The notes under the pieces were generated by a model that saw only the letters and a program-made list of their open reading frames with translations, ran no database searches and was not told where the DNA came from. A DNA stretch of 64,000 nucleotides from Acidobacteriota bacterium (GTDB taxonomy: Bacteria; Acidobacteriota; UBA890; WLXD01), in assembly GCA_963666055.2 (NCBI GenBank), contig CAXWPH010000015.1:1024001-1088000 (forward strand). The letters are read 5' to 3'. Positions 9,629-20,490 of this stretch are shown here, in pieces. The translations under genes and the position numbers were made by a program. The stretch's first letter is position 1, and each line of letters opens with the position of its first letter.

Positions 9629-10619
9629 GGTATCCGATCATCAAGCAACTGTCCGGCGAGTTTCCGGTGCGGCGGTTGTGCAAGATGCTCGAGGTGTCTC
9701 ACGGCGGTTACTACGAGTGGCGAGGATGGGCACCGAGTCCGAGAGCGCGAGAAGATCGCCGTCTACGTGTGCAGATCCGAGCTACGTTCCGGGAGAGTCG
9801 CGACCGGTACGGAAGTCCGCGTGTCCACAAGCAGCTTCGGCAACGAGGCATACGCTGCTCTCGCAAGCGGGTAGCTCGGCTGATGCGTCAGGAAGGACTT
9901 CGAGCCCGCCAACCTCGTCGGTTCCGAGTAACCACACGATCCACGCCTGGGCGGCCGGCGGCGCCTAACCTGCTGGATCGACGCTTCACAGTGGACGCCG
10001 TCGATACCGTCTGGGTGGGCGACCTGACCTACCTGTGGACCCAGCAGGGGGGCTATACCTGGCCGTGCTGATGGATCTGTGCTCGCGACGGATCATCGGC
10101 TGGTCGGTGAGCGAGACGATGACGGACGATCTGACGCTGGCGGTCCTGGATCAGGCCTTGGAGCAACGTCGTCCCGGTTCTGGAGTGGTGCATCACTCTG
10201 ACCGCGGCAGCCAGTACGGCAGCAACGATTACCTAGACAAGCTCCGTGAACGCGGCTTCACCATCAGCATGAGCAGGAAAGGAGACTGTTGGGATAACGC
10301 ACCGATGGAGAGTTTCTTCTCTACCCTGAAGTTCGAACTCGGTGGCTGCTTCAGTTCCCGTGCGGCGGCCCGAGCCGAGTTGTTCGACTACATCGAAGTG
10401 TTCTACAACCGGGCTCGCATGCACACCTCGATCGGAGACCAGAGTCCGGCTCAGTTCGAGGCGGCAACACGGCGGCCAGACCAGAGCCGCCAGTCAGCTG
10501 TGGAAGCTGACGCGCCCGTGGAAATCGATTCCCGATTCCCACCGTCGCTTGGACAACGCTCCGCGTTGCCAACAGCTCCCACAGCCGCTACTACGACTAC
10601 GACAATGGATCTTAACTAA
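9625..10619 (+). pseudogene. IS3 transposase OrfB (DDE), frameshifted at ~10050
   Basis: YGSPR, WVGDLTY, HSDRGSQY and CWDNAPMESFF motifs; the expected GWLYL is broken by a 1-nt loss in a G run. Confidence 0.88.
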
Positions 10620-10714
10620 GTGTCCGGGAAAGCGGGGCAAGGTCGCGGACGGTCCGCTATGCGGCGCGCAGCTGAAGCGCCGAGGCGTTGTGCGGACGGG
10701 CCAACGACGGAAGC

Positions 10715-11203
10715 ATGATGACGGAGCAAGAAGAACGCTACGTGCACCTCTTCCAGAGCGTAGAGGATCTGAATGGGGCATGGCGTGTGCTCCGCGAGCT
10801 CAAGGACTCTGGAGCAACGGGCGAACTTGCGCAGGCGGCCTTCCGATACGCGCTGGTCGAGTACGCGAAGCCCTATAAACGGTCGCGGGGCACAGCTAAG
10901 GAATGGCATTCCCTTGGCGATGACTGCGTGCCGTCACAGCACGTCGACCTGCACGATGACCTAATCCGTGCACGCGACAAGATCCACGCTCACAGTGACC
11001 TGACTGTTCGCGAAGCCCGGTTGCGTGTGCGCGAGACAAGCGAGGGCAAAATCGTCACGCAGGTGAGGAACGGGGTCGACGTCATGGAAGAGTATCGAAG
11101 ACTCGATTCCATCATCGATCTAGTCGAGCTGACGATCGAGGGTCTCCATGCCAAGCTGAAGCGATTGGGGGCAACGCGGGTCAGTAATACTGTTCGGCGT
11201 TGA
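10715..11203 (+). CDS. Hypothetical protein, HEPN-like
   Basis: Small helical-looking protein with RDKIHAH (Rx4-6H); preceded by an attC-like right arm. Confidence 0.55.
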   Translation: MMTEQEERYVHLFQSVEDLNGAWRVLRELKDSGATGELAQAAFRYALVEYAKPYKRSRGTAKEWHSLGDDCVPSQHVDLHDDLIRARDKIHAHSDLTVREARLRVRETSEGKIVTQVRNGVDVMEEYRRLDSIIDLVELTIEGLHAKLKRLGATRVSNTVRR

Positions 11204-12117
11204 TCGTCGGAAGCTCCGCCCGTGGCATCTTGCGCAGAGCGTGCGGTGCCCGACTCCACCTCCAGCGCCAATGCTTTCAGATCCACTACCAGGTCACCGG
11301 CACCCTGGTAGCGCCCAGTGGCCTCCTTCGCCAGGCACTTGTCGAGGATCCACTGCAACTTCAGCGGCAGCCCGTCGGCTACTGGCTCGGGGTCGCTGTT
11401 GACCAGACGATGCAGAACTTCAGCAACGTTCCTGCCGCCGAAGGCTCGCGTCCCCGTCGCCATCTCCTGCAGCACGCAGCCGAAGGCGAACAGGTCGGCG
11501 CGATGGTCGATCTCTCCCCCCTCTACCTGCTCCGGTGCCATATACCCAGCTGTACCCATCACCTGTCCGGCCACCGTGCCCATCATCGTGGGTGACTGCG
11601 TTGCACCGCCCGGTGATCCCGCCACTGCCACCTCGGTCAGCTTCGCCAGGCCGAAGTCCAACACCTTCGCGTGGCCTTCCTTAGTGACGAAGATGTTCTC
11701 CGGCTTCAGATCCCGGTGGATGATGCCGGCGGCGTGAGCCGCTGCCAGCGCCTCGGCGATCTCGGTGGCTAATCCGAGTGCCTTCTTGAGCGGCAGCGCA
11801 CCCTTGCCCAGCGGTTCGCGGAGCGTCTCCCCCTCCAGGTACTCCTGCACCATGAAGCGAGTGTCGTCTTCGGTGCCGACATCGAAGACCGAGGCGATGT
11901 GCGGATGATTCAGGGCTGCTGCGGCACGGGCTTCCTGCTCGAAGCGGGCCAGGCGCTCGGGATCAGAGGCAAACTCGGCGGGCAGCACCTTGATGGCCAC
12001 CTTGCGGCCCAGGCGGGTGTCCTGGGCCAGCCACACCTCGCCCATTCCGCCTGCTCCGAGCGGCTCGAGGATCTCGAAATGGCCTAGTTTGGTTCCGGGT
12101 TCCATCGTGGGAGCCAT
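11200..12117 (-). pseudogene. Ser/Thr protein kinase, C-terminally truncated (kinase domain only)
   Basis: GAGGMGEV, VAIK, HRDLKPEN, DFG and APE motifs; near-identical to 33136+. It ends in the linker and the ORF runs on antisense to the neighbouring gene to 10990. Confidence 0.85.
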
Positions 12118-12119
12118 GG

Positions 12120-13997
12120 CTAAGGTTCAGCGCCGTCGTTGACGCTTCCAGAGCGAGTCCCAGGCGCTTCCCGGACACGCTCGCCGAAATCGTCGAACCG
12201 ACCATCGATGATCAGGCAAACGAAGAACGCTGCACGGCCTGGGCGACAATGCCTCTCCAGCAGCTGATGTGCGCGGTCCCAATCGCCGAGTCCCGCCGCC
12301 GCAAATACGTTTGTCAAACTGCTGACGTATTCCGTTTTCGATAGCCCCTCGAGCTCGCGAGTCAGCTCCTGCACTCGCCCGAGCTCGCCAGCGCGACCCA
12401 GGACGTAGGCCGCGAAGGCAAGCTGGATCGGTGCACGATTGCTGATCTCGACGGCGCGCTCGATGTGAGATATGCCATCGGCAGCACATCCCAGCTCCGC
12501 AAGCGCCATAGCGCGGAGATAGTGGCAGGCGTACGAGTCAGCATCGAACTCGAGACCGCGGGCCGCCAGATCCGCAGCCCCCGAATGATCGCTGGCAAGC
12601 ATCAGGGTCGACGCGCCCACACCGTGCAGATAAGCAGAAAACGGCTCTTTCAGCAGCGACGCCTCGATCTGCTCTCTTGCCTCGTCGACTCGGCCGCGGA
12701 CCGCGAGCACCGCTGCCAGGTAAGCGTTCGGGATTCCATGGGACAGATTCGCCAGGGCATAACGCAGGCTTGCCTCCGAGGCGTCAAACTCCCAGTCGAT
12801 CCACTGCACGATTCCCATGCTGAACTTTGCCTCGGGAAGCGCGGGAGCGATCTGCAAAGCTCGCTCTGCATGCTTGCGTGCCTGCCGCATCGCCGAGTCG
12901 TTGGGTCGTAGTAGGTGCAGAGCGAACGCCCAGTGAGCCTCGGCCAGCCCAACATGGGCCAGTGCGTAATCCGCATCGATCGAGATCGCTTTCTCGAAAC
13001 ACTCGAGCGCCTTGAACAGTCCGTCTCTGTGGCGCTGGTACAGACTAAATTTGCCCTTCAGATACAGGTCGTATGCTTCGCGATTGACCGTCCTGTCGTG
13101 AACGATCGACTCGCCAGAGGGCATCGACAGTTGCACATCGAGCTGCGCGGCGATCGCCCGCGCTGTCTCGTCCTGGATGGCGAAGACGTCGTCGAGCTCC
13201 CGGTCGTAGCGTTCCGCCCACAGCTGGTGTCCTCCAGCCACGTTGACCAGCTCCGTTGTAATGCGGACGCGGTTGCCCATGCGCCGCACGCTGCCCTCGA
13301 GCACGGTCGAGACCCGCAGCTCCTCACCGATGCGCCCGACATCGTAGGGACTACCTTTGTAGCGGAACGATGAGCTGCGCGGCGCCACCCGCAGACCGTC
13401 GATGCGGCTGAGCGCAATGATGAGGTCGTCCGCCATGCCGTCGCAGAAGTACTCCTGCTCCGGGTCGGCGCTCATGTTGATGAAGGGCAGCACGGCAATC
13501 GACCGATCCGCGGCCGTGCCAGAGACAGCCTGCCGCGCTTGTGAAGCTGTCTGCGTGGCGGTAGCTGTCACTGCGTGCTCACCGGAGTCGATCTCCCGAT
13601 GTAACCCCACCAGCTCGTTGAGCACATCGCGAGCCGTCTGGTATCGGTGCAACGGGTCCTTCTGTAGGCAGTGCTGGATGATCCTGCCCAGATGGCGGGG
13701 AAGCTGGCGGTTGCGCTCGGTCACCGGTGGCGGCGTATCTCGCAAGATGGCCGAGCTGGTTGCCGCTGCGCTGCCGCCCCGGAAAGGCTGCTCGCCGGTG
13801 GCCATCTCGTAGAGCACGACGCCCAACGAGAAGATGTCGGTGCGGTGATCGATGACCCGGCCCTCCAGCTGCTCCGGCGACATGTAGGGGACCGTGCCCA
13901 CCATCACTCCCTCATCGGTGAGGGCGCGAGTCGGCATCTGAGTCAGCTACTGGGCATCGTCCGGCTCGAGCAGCTTCGCCAATCCGAAGTCCAACAC
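12120..13997 (-). pseudogene. Ser/Thr kinase C-lobe + TolB-like (SIAVLPF) + TPR domains, N-terminally truncated
   Basis: Begins abruptly at VLDFGLAK (~13997), has an in-frame TAG, then GTVPYMSPEQ, SIAVLPFINMS and TPRs. No N-lobe. Confidence 0.85.
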
Positions 13998-13999
13998 CC

Positions 14000-15781
14000 G
14001 CCGCGGCTCTCGGCGGGCTCGCCGGGCGTTGGCTGGTGCCGTCCGGCAGCGGCACCGTAGCGGGAGCACCGGTTGCTCGCCTTGAACTCGTCCTACCAGC
14101 GGAGGAAACCGTCAGCCTCTTTTACGACCGCGCGGTGGCGATATCGGCGGACGGCACCGTCGTGGTGATCACCGTGGATCGGCAGAACCCGTCGGCTCTC
14201 GGAGAGGAAAGCAACGAGGATCTGCGGTTGTTTCGTCGCGATCTGCGCGACCTAGAGGCAGTGCCCATCCCCGGCAGCGAGGGCGGCCACACTCCAGTCT
14301 TGGCCCCCGACGGCAGCGCGGTGGTCTTCGCACGCCAGGGACAGCTGTTGAAGTTGCCGATTGATGGCGGCATTCCGATTCTGATCTGTGAGCTCACGGG
14401 AGAGTTGTTTGGTCTGGACTGGAGCGTCGCCGACACGATCGTTTTCGCCACCTCGCAGGGATCGATCTGGCGGGTGAATGCGCGCGGCGGCGAACCGGAG
14501 GAGATCGTCCACCTCGACGAGGGTCAGCGGGCACGCGCCCCGCAGCAGCTCGGCGACGGCAACGCGATTCTCTATTCGGTGCGCCCCGAAGGAGCGGTGT
14601 GGGACGAAAGTCGAGTGATGATCGCGCACCTTGACGAGCAACGCACCGAAGTCCTGTTCACCGGCGGGGTGGACGCACGGGGTCTGCCGTCCGGCCACAT
14701 CGTCTACGCGCAGGGAGAACGGCTCTGGGTGCGCACTTTTGACTGGAATAGGCTGGTTGCCGGCGACGAAGCGACGCCGACAGGAGACCTGATCGCGCGC
14801 GACCTGTACCGCAACTACGGTTTCGGCAACGGCGAGGCGCACTTCGCCGTATCGCACACCGGCACGCTGACGCATGTGAGGCGCGCCGTCGATCCGTTTG
14901 GCGAGCACATCCTGTCTTGGCGAGATGGAATCACTGCGACGATGCTCGCGGCCGGTCCTGGAATCGACGAGCCACGAATCTCTCCTGACGGAGCCAGCGT
15001 CGTAGCCGAGGTCGAAACGGAGGACGGCTTCCAGGTGCACATTTGTGACGCCCGGCGCTGTGATTGGACGGTGCTCGACGACAACGGCGCCGACCCCGTG
15101 TGGTCGGCGGATGGTCGGTGGGTCTACTACTCCGTGAATTGGGGCATCCCGGACCGCACCGCGGGGTTGTACCGGCGTCGCGCGGATTTCGGCGATGAGC
15201 CGGAGCTCCTTCTTGCAGCTGTCGAGCACTTGCCCACCCCCGAGTCGGTGGCGGCAGATGGATCGGTGGCGCTTACGACGCTGGGGGACGACGACGCTGC
15301 CAAGCAGATTTGGTTGCTACCGCCCGGCAGTAGCGAGCCACGTCTGTTGTTAGAAGAGCCAGCCATGGTGGTCCAGCTACATCCCAGCGGCGGCTGGTTC
15401 GCGCACGTGACGCCGCCCCAGGAGGGCCTCTACGTGCGCGAGCTCTCGGAGACTGGAGAGGCAGGGCGCCGGATCACCGTAGATACGTTTGGCTACGAGC
15501 CACTGTGGTCGGCCGACGGCGCTACGCTCTACTATCGCCGCGGTGCGCAGCTCATGGCCGCGCCCTTCCGCGACGGAGCGCTCGGCGAGCCTCGCGAGGT
15601 GCTGGACAGCTTCCGTCCCGCAGGCATCACCAACGATCGCAGTAACTACGACGTTGCTGCCGACGGACGCGTTCTCGTTCCCGGCGTTGCCGGCGGAAAC
15701 AGCGCTGCTGCGGCGTCGGTAGTCGTCGTCCTCAACTGGTTCGAGGAGCTGAAGCGGCTCGTGCCGACGGACGGCTCCTGA
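14000..15781 (+). pseudogene. Partial TM + PD40/TolB-like beta-propeller C-terminal half of a kinase, kinase domain missing
   Basis: Frame reads AAALGGLAGRWLV then propeller blades (SPDG/WSADG) and ends VVLNWFEELKRLVPTDGS*. Confidence 0.8.
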
Positions 15782-16020
15782 TGATCGGCAAGACGCTCGG
15801 CCACTACGAGATCCTCGCCCCGCTCGGTGAAGGCGGGATAGGTCAGGTGTATCGAGCACGCGACACGACGCTGGATCGTGATGTCGCCATCAAGGTGCTG
15901 CCGGAGGACTTCGCCAGCGACGCCAATCGGCTGGCTCGGTTCGATGTGGAGGCCAAAGCTGTCGCCGGCATCAACCATCCGAACATCGTCACCATCCACT
16001 CCATCGAGGAGATGGGCGAG
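15781..16020 (+). pseudogene. Ser/Thr kinase N-terminal fragment
   Basis: MIGKTLGHYEILAPLGEGGIGQVYRARD..VAIK..NHPNIV; truncated at the IS6 remnant. Confidence 0.88.
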
Positions 16021-16027
16021 CGTCGCT

Positions 16028-16378
16028 TGAAGCTCGGAAGCTATGGGGCCGACACAGGGGTGTGATGCCCTCGGTGGAGCATGTCACCGCGCGCTACGCG
16101 AACAACCGAGCTGAGGTCTCACATCAGCCGACCCGACAGCGGGAACGGCAGATGCGGCGGTTCAAGTCAGCAGGACAGGCTCAACGTTTCTTGCCGTGCG
16201 GGGTTTGGTCCTCAACTTCTTCCGACTTGGACGGCACCGCTCGCGAGCCGCAAACTACCGGCTGCTGCGCGCCCGATCCATGATGGCCTGGCAGGGAGCC
16301 ACCGCTTCCTGAGAAGCTATCTCTCTGGATGCAGGACTCAGCGGGCGGAAGGCTCGGGCGGTTAAGTTGACAGTGCCC
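16028..16378 (+). mobile_element. IS6-family remnant (transposase C-terminus + right IR)
   Basis: KLGSYGA..YANNRAEVSHQPTRQRERQMRRFKS; end TTAAGTTGACAGTGCC, whose reverse complement is GGCACTGTCAAC. Confidence 0.85.
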
Positions 16379-16385
16379 CCTAGTC

Positions 16386-18398
16386 CTACCGGGACGGCAT
16401 CTCGTCCGTAATGGAGGTTCTTCGCCGGTCGCGGCTTCGAACGAGGAGCTGCTCCCGGACCGCTCGATGCGCCTCGTCGATGGCTGCGTCCGTGTGCGAG
16501 GAGGCAGCGGCATCGGAGTTGGCGATAGAAATCCGACCGAATCGCCGCCTGCCGATGACGCACGGCCGATCGTCGGGGGCGAACAGCGCCCACTCGATCG
16601 GATCGTCCAGGGTGTTGTAGTGATAGGCAGGACCGTGCGGCCAGCGATTCACTGTGATCGCTTCGATGTCCCGGGCCGGGTCGAAACCCCCACTCTGTAG
16701 GGTTCGACCGAGCTGGTCGCGGATGTTGCGCTCGAAGGTTTCGAAGGTGGTGGCCAACAGATCCTCTCGCCCGATGCGATGCTGCTCCTTCTTCGGGTGT
16801 CCAGGAGCGCAAGGTGCCCTGGACATGTGCAGGATCATTGGGTCGTCAGGCGATTTGGAGGGTCGGTAGTCACCGAACTGCACGGAGCGGCCCAGGCTGA
16901 CCCCGCTGTGGTACATCCCCGGAGCGGTCACCCTTGAGATGCCCAGGTTCGTGAAGGCTGTCCAATTTCGGATGAGGACGTTAGTGTAGGCGAGGGGCAT
17001 CTTGACGCCATACTTGAGCGCCACCTTCTGCTCGTCGGACATCTCGGGGCACAGGTGCGGGATGACCCCGTTGTAGCACCCCATCACACAGTGATCCGCC
17101 CGTACCTTCTCGGCCTTGCCGCCGCGCACATACGTGATCTCGACCCCGCGGGCCGCGTCGGGATCGCCCAGGTGCCGGGCGGAGATCACCGTGCTGTTAA
17201 GACGAATTCGGGCATCGGAGCCCGCGCGGTCGATGCGGTCGTACGCCAGGCGCGAGGTCATCGAGTCTTCCTGCGAGGTGCCCGGAAGCGCGTCGGGAAT
17301 CATCGCACGAACCAGCAACCGGGCCACCGTCGCGTTGCCGTCGGGAAAATGGATGTTCGGTCCTGTGTTCCACTCGCTCTCACGACCGTGTTGTCCGCCC
17401 CCGATGTGGCTGAGGGGGCTCACGCGGGGGAAGGGCTCGAGGTTCATCCCCTGGAAGCCGGGATAGCCCAGGACCCATCCATAGAGCGCCGGATGGCCGT
17501 CGATGCCGACGCAGAACCTGCCCTTCGGGAGGTCATCGAAGAACGCGATCACATCGGGGTGAACCTTGGCGAGGTCGAGGAGGAAGTCCCGATAACTGAT
17601 CCGCGCCAGGCGCTCCTTCTTGTCGGCATCCGACAGTCCGGGCATATAGTCTGGGTTCGCACCGTCATCGTAGAGCCGCGCGATGTCCCGCCGCGCCTCC
17701 GGAGATAACGGGGTCTGTGCGAGCCAATCGGCCCATCCGCGACCCCCGGATTCCCCTCCGCGTCCCATCACCAGCCGATCCTCGCCGAATACCTCTTTGG
17801 CGAAGAACGTGGCGCTACCGAGTCCCAGCGATCCGTAGAACCCCCTACCCGCGGTGCTGGTGGCATTCGCACTTTCCACGTCGATGCCGATCGCTGCGAG
17901 GAGCGTCTGGGACACGGCGCTGTACTGGCCCACGGACTCGACCTCCGAGGTGCCGCCGTTGAGCATCAGCGTACGGCCTCGATAGGTCATCTCGTTGCGC
18001 GTGGCATGGCCACCGAAGTCATCGTGGTTGTCGAGGACCAGCACACGTGCGCCGGGACCAGCCGAGGTCAGGAAGAAATAGGCTGCCGAGAGCCCGCTCA
18101 GCCCCCCTCCGACCACCACCAGATCGTAGCTTTCACGCGTGTCGGCGACATCGGTCCATGTGTTCCCGTCGCGGAGCGCATGGGCGACCTCGAACGAACC
18201 GGGGTGACTTCCACGCATTCCAGTCAGGGCCGGTGGATAGTATTCCTGCGCCCGGGACCCATAGGGCGTGCCCTCGCGTGCTGACAGCCAGCCAGGTGCG
18301 ATCAGCGACCCCCCGACGGCAACCCCCACGCCGTTGATGAAGTCGCGCCGGCTGATATCCCGGTGCATCCCGAGATCACGATCCCCACTCCTGGACAT
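16386..18398 (-). CDS. Tat-exported FAD-dependent oxidoreductase, spermidine dehydrogenase-like, copy 1
   Basis: SRRDF Tat motif, YYPPALTGMRGSH, VVVGGGLSG, DNHDDFGGHA, ITVNRWPHG. Confidence 0.85.
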   Translation of the reverse strand: MSRSGDRDLGMHRDISRRDFINGVGVAVGGSLIAPGWLSAREGTPYGSRAQEYYPPALTGMRGSHPGSFEVAHALRDGNTWTDVADTRESYDLVVVGGGLSGLSAAYFFLTSAGPGARVLVLDNHDDFGGHATRNEMTYRGRTLMLNGGTSEVESVGQYSAVSQTLLAAIGIDVESANATSTAGRGFYGSLGLGSATFFAKEVFGEDRLVMGRGGESGGRGWADWLAQTPLSPEARRDIARLYDDGANPDYMPGLSDADKKERLARISYRDFLLDLAKVHPDVIAFFDDLPKGRFCVGIDGHPALYGWVLGYPGFQGMNLEPFPRVSPLSHIGGGQHGRESEWNTGPNIHFPDGNATVARLLVRAMIPDALPGTSQEDSMTSRLAYDRIDRAGSDARIRLNSTVISARHLGDPDAARGVEITYVRGGKAEKVRADHCVMGCYNGVIPHLCPEMSDEQKVALKYGVKMPLAYTNVLIRNWTAFTNLGISRVTAPGMYHSGVSLGRSVQFGDYRPSKSPDDPMILHMSRAPCAPGHPKKEQHRIGREDLLATTFETFERNIRDQLGRTLQSGGFDPARDIEAITVNRWPHGPAYHYNTLDDPIEWALFAPDDRPCVIGRRRFGRISIANSDAAASSHTDAAIDEAHRAVREQLLVRSRDRRRTSITDEMPSR

Positions 18399-18481
18399 AG
18401 CTCCTCCGACTTCTCTAACGCGGGAACTGCGCGGAACGCCGGCTTTTCGCAGTCCGGCCCTATAGTATCCATTCCTCTACA

Positions 18482-18740
18482 GTGGGCCAATGTGGTCACC
18501 TCTTGGACACGAGGTTTTCTACGGAGGCTCGGGCTCGGTTTGGACGGATACCAGTCAGTCAGGCCAGTGGAGCTGTTTGAACGGCGCTTCACGTTCGAGT
18601 TCGGCAACGCGAATTACGACATCGCCGATGACGGCCAGCGTTTTCTAATGGTCCAAGAGACAGCGCCGCCAGTGACCCAGGTTCCGGTGATCATCAACTG
18701 GTTCGACGAGCTGAGGCGGCTCGTGCCGACGGACCCGTAG
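18482..18740 (+). pseudogene. Orphan 3' fragment of a kinase gene (allele of the 48658 kinase)
   Basis: Matches 51062-51345 apart from an internal replacement; ends IINWFDELRRLVPTDP*. Confidence 0.92.
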
Positions 18741-18743
18741 CGG

Positions 18744-19991
18744 GTGACAGCGGTGGACAGGCGCGCGTTACTCAAAACCGGTGGCCTGGCGGTGCTCGGT
18801 CTCGGTGTGGGTGGGTGTGCGGGGCGCGCGCCGAGGCCCAACGAGCTGCCGAGGTTCAGAGTCAACCTCGCCACTGTCGAAGCCTCCTGGGATAGGGTTA
18901 TCCGCACCACGGTCGGGTTGCGTCCGCACCGGCCCTCCGGGTTCGTGCTCAGGGCTCAGAAGCTCGACGCCAAGACCGTCATCCACAACTACGGCCACGG
19001 CGGAGCCGGCCACTCGATCGGTTGGGGTACGGCCGAACTGGCGGCCGAGATCGCGATGGAGCACGGCGACCGGCACGCGGCAGTCATCGGCTGCGGCATC
19101 GTTGGGCTGACCACGGCGCGACAGCTGCAGCGGCGCGGCTTCGACGTGACCATCTACGCCAAGTCGGTGCCTCCAGACACAACCTCCAACAAGGCTCTGG
19201 CCGCCTTCACGCCGACGTCCGGGCTGATTGACGGGAACCGGCGCACGCCGGAATGGGATGCGCAGTTCCGGCGCGCTGCGGAGATCGCGTACGAGCAGCT
19301 GCAGCTGCTGGTGGGCCGCGGCTACGGAGTCTCGTGGAGCAACATCTACGGGATGATGAACGAGCCGCCCGCAGCGCCGGAGGGAGGTTCGCTCTCGCCG
19401 CTGCGGCCCGCGTCCTTGCGAACGGGCCGGGTGGTGCTGGAGCCCGGTGAGCACCCGTTCCCGTCCAGGTTCGCCACCCGCGCCCCGTGGCTCCTGATCG
19501 AGCCTGCGATCTACCTGGACGCGCTGGTGCGCGACGTTCTCCTGTTCGGCGGCCGCATCGTGATTTGCCAGTTTGCGACGTCGCGAGATCTGATGTCGCT
19601 GCGCGAGTCGCTCATCGTCAACTGCACCGGGCTCGGGGCGCGCGAGCTCTTCAAGGACGACGAGCTGATCCCGCTGAAGGGCCAGCTCACCATGCTGGTG
19701 CCTCAGCCCGAGGTCGACTACGCGACGTTCGGTGGCGTGCCCGGCAGCCCCAACGCGCGCGGCGGGTTCATCCACATGGCGCCGCGCAGCGACGGCATCG
19801 CGCTCGGTGGCACGAGCGAAGAGGGCGTCTGGGATCTCGAGCCGAACGAGGCGGCGCGGCGTCGGATCGTCGAGAGCCACATCGAGCTGTTCGAGGCGAT
19901 GCGAACGCCGAGCTCCACGCCCATCGTGCGGCCGCCGTCGGCGCCCGCCAGGGCTCCGGCGCTCGAAAGCTTCTACGATCTCGAGTCCTAG
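18744..19991 (+). CDS. D-amino-acid oxidase family FAD-dependent oxidoreductase (Tat)
   Basis: RRALLK, VGLRP, HNYGHGGAG, VIGCGIVG, NCTGLGA. Confidence 0.88.
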   Translation: MTAVDRRALLKTGGLAVLGLGVGGCAGRAPRPNELPRFRVNLATVEASWDRVIRTTVGLRPHRPSGFVLRAQKLDAKTVIHNYGHGGAGHSIGWGTAELAAEIAMEHGDRHAAVIGCGIVGLTTARQLQRRGFDVTIYAKSVPPDTTSNKALAAFTPTSGLIDGNRRTPEWDAQFRRAAEIAYEQLQLLVGRGYGVSWSNIYGMMNEPPAAPEGGSLSPLRPASLRTGRVVLEPGEHPFPSRFATRAPWLLIEPAIYLDALVRDVLLFGGRIVICQFATSRDLMSLRESLIVNCTGLGARELFKDDELIPLKGQLTMLVPQPEVDYATFGGVPGSPNARGGFIHMAPRSDGIALGGTSEEGVWDLEPNEAARRRIVESHIELFEAMRTPSSTPIVRPPSAPARAPALESFYDLES

Positions 19992-20222
19992 CAGGGTGGG
20001 ATGAAGGTGTGCTCGGCTGGTCGGCGCCCTTGCGGGCTGCAGCGCGGGGCTGAACAGCCCTTCTTGCCAGGGGTAGTGCTCGGCCGGCTCGATGGAGAGT
20101 CTCGACGTAGGGGCCGGCGTTGGCGATCGCCCATGTTCGTCAGAATGAACTTAGCCTCATCGAGAGCCAATGCACTTCCGTCGCGCAGAATCACCTCGCC
20201 GGAGAACATCCACACAGCGGCA

Positions 20223-20448
20223 CGGCTCGTGCCGACGGATCCGTAGCGGCATCAGCCGAGTCTCGGGAGCCCGCGCCATCAACGCGCCCACCTGTCCCTC
20301 CGAGTTCTCCTTTGACCTCCCTCGTACACGAGATGTGGGAGGCAGTACCGGGCCGGATCGAGCTGCTCGTGCGTTACGGAGGCCCACTCCCGGGCTCCGG
20401 GGATACGTGCGGCTCGTCGGTGAGGGGGTCACAGGGTCGTAGCGGGCG
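20223..20448 (+). repeat. Short kinase-tail repeat plus the ~200-bp downstream repeat, copy 2
   Basis: CGGCTCGTGCCGACGGATCCGTAG, then sequence colinear with 7645-7847. Confidence 0.88.
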
Positions 20449-20490
20449 CTGGTGAGCGACGGGCGATCAAGGGAGGCGGGCAACGATAGA

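Larger units (their letters stand above)
9274..10645 (+). mobile_element. IS3-family insertion sequence
   Basis: 26-bp imperfect IRs (TGGGCCTCCCCCGATTTCCCGGACAC and GTGTCCGGGAAAGCGGGGCAAGGTCG); orfA/orfB with an A7G slippery site at ~9589-9596. No target duplication seen. Confidence 0.92.

Noticed and set aside
13948-13950. In-frame TAG in the kinase fragment as pyrrolysine or readthrough
   Set aside because: The gene already lacks its N-lobe, so ordinary decay is the simpler explanation.
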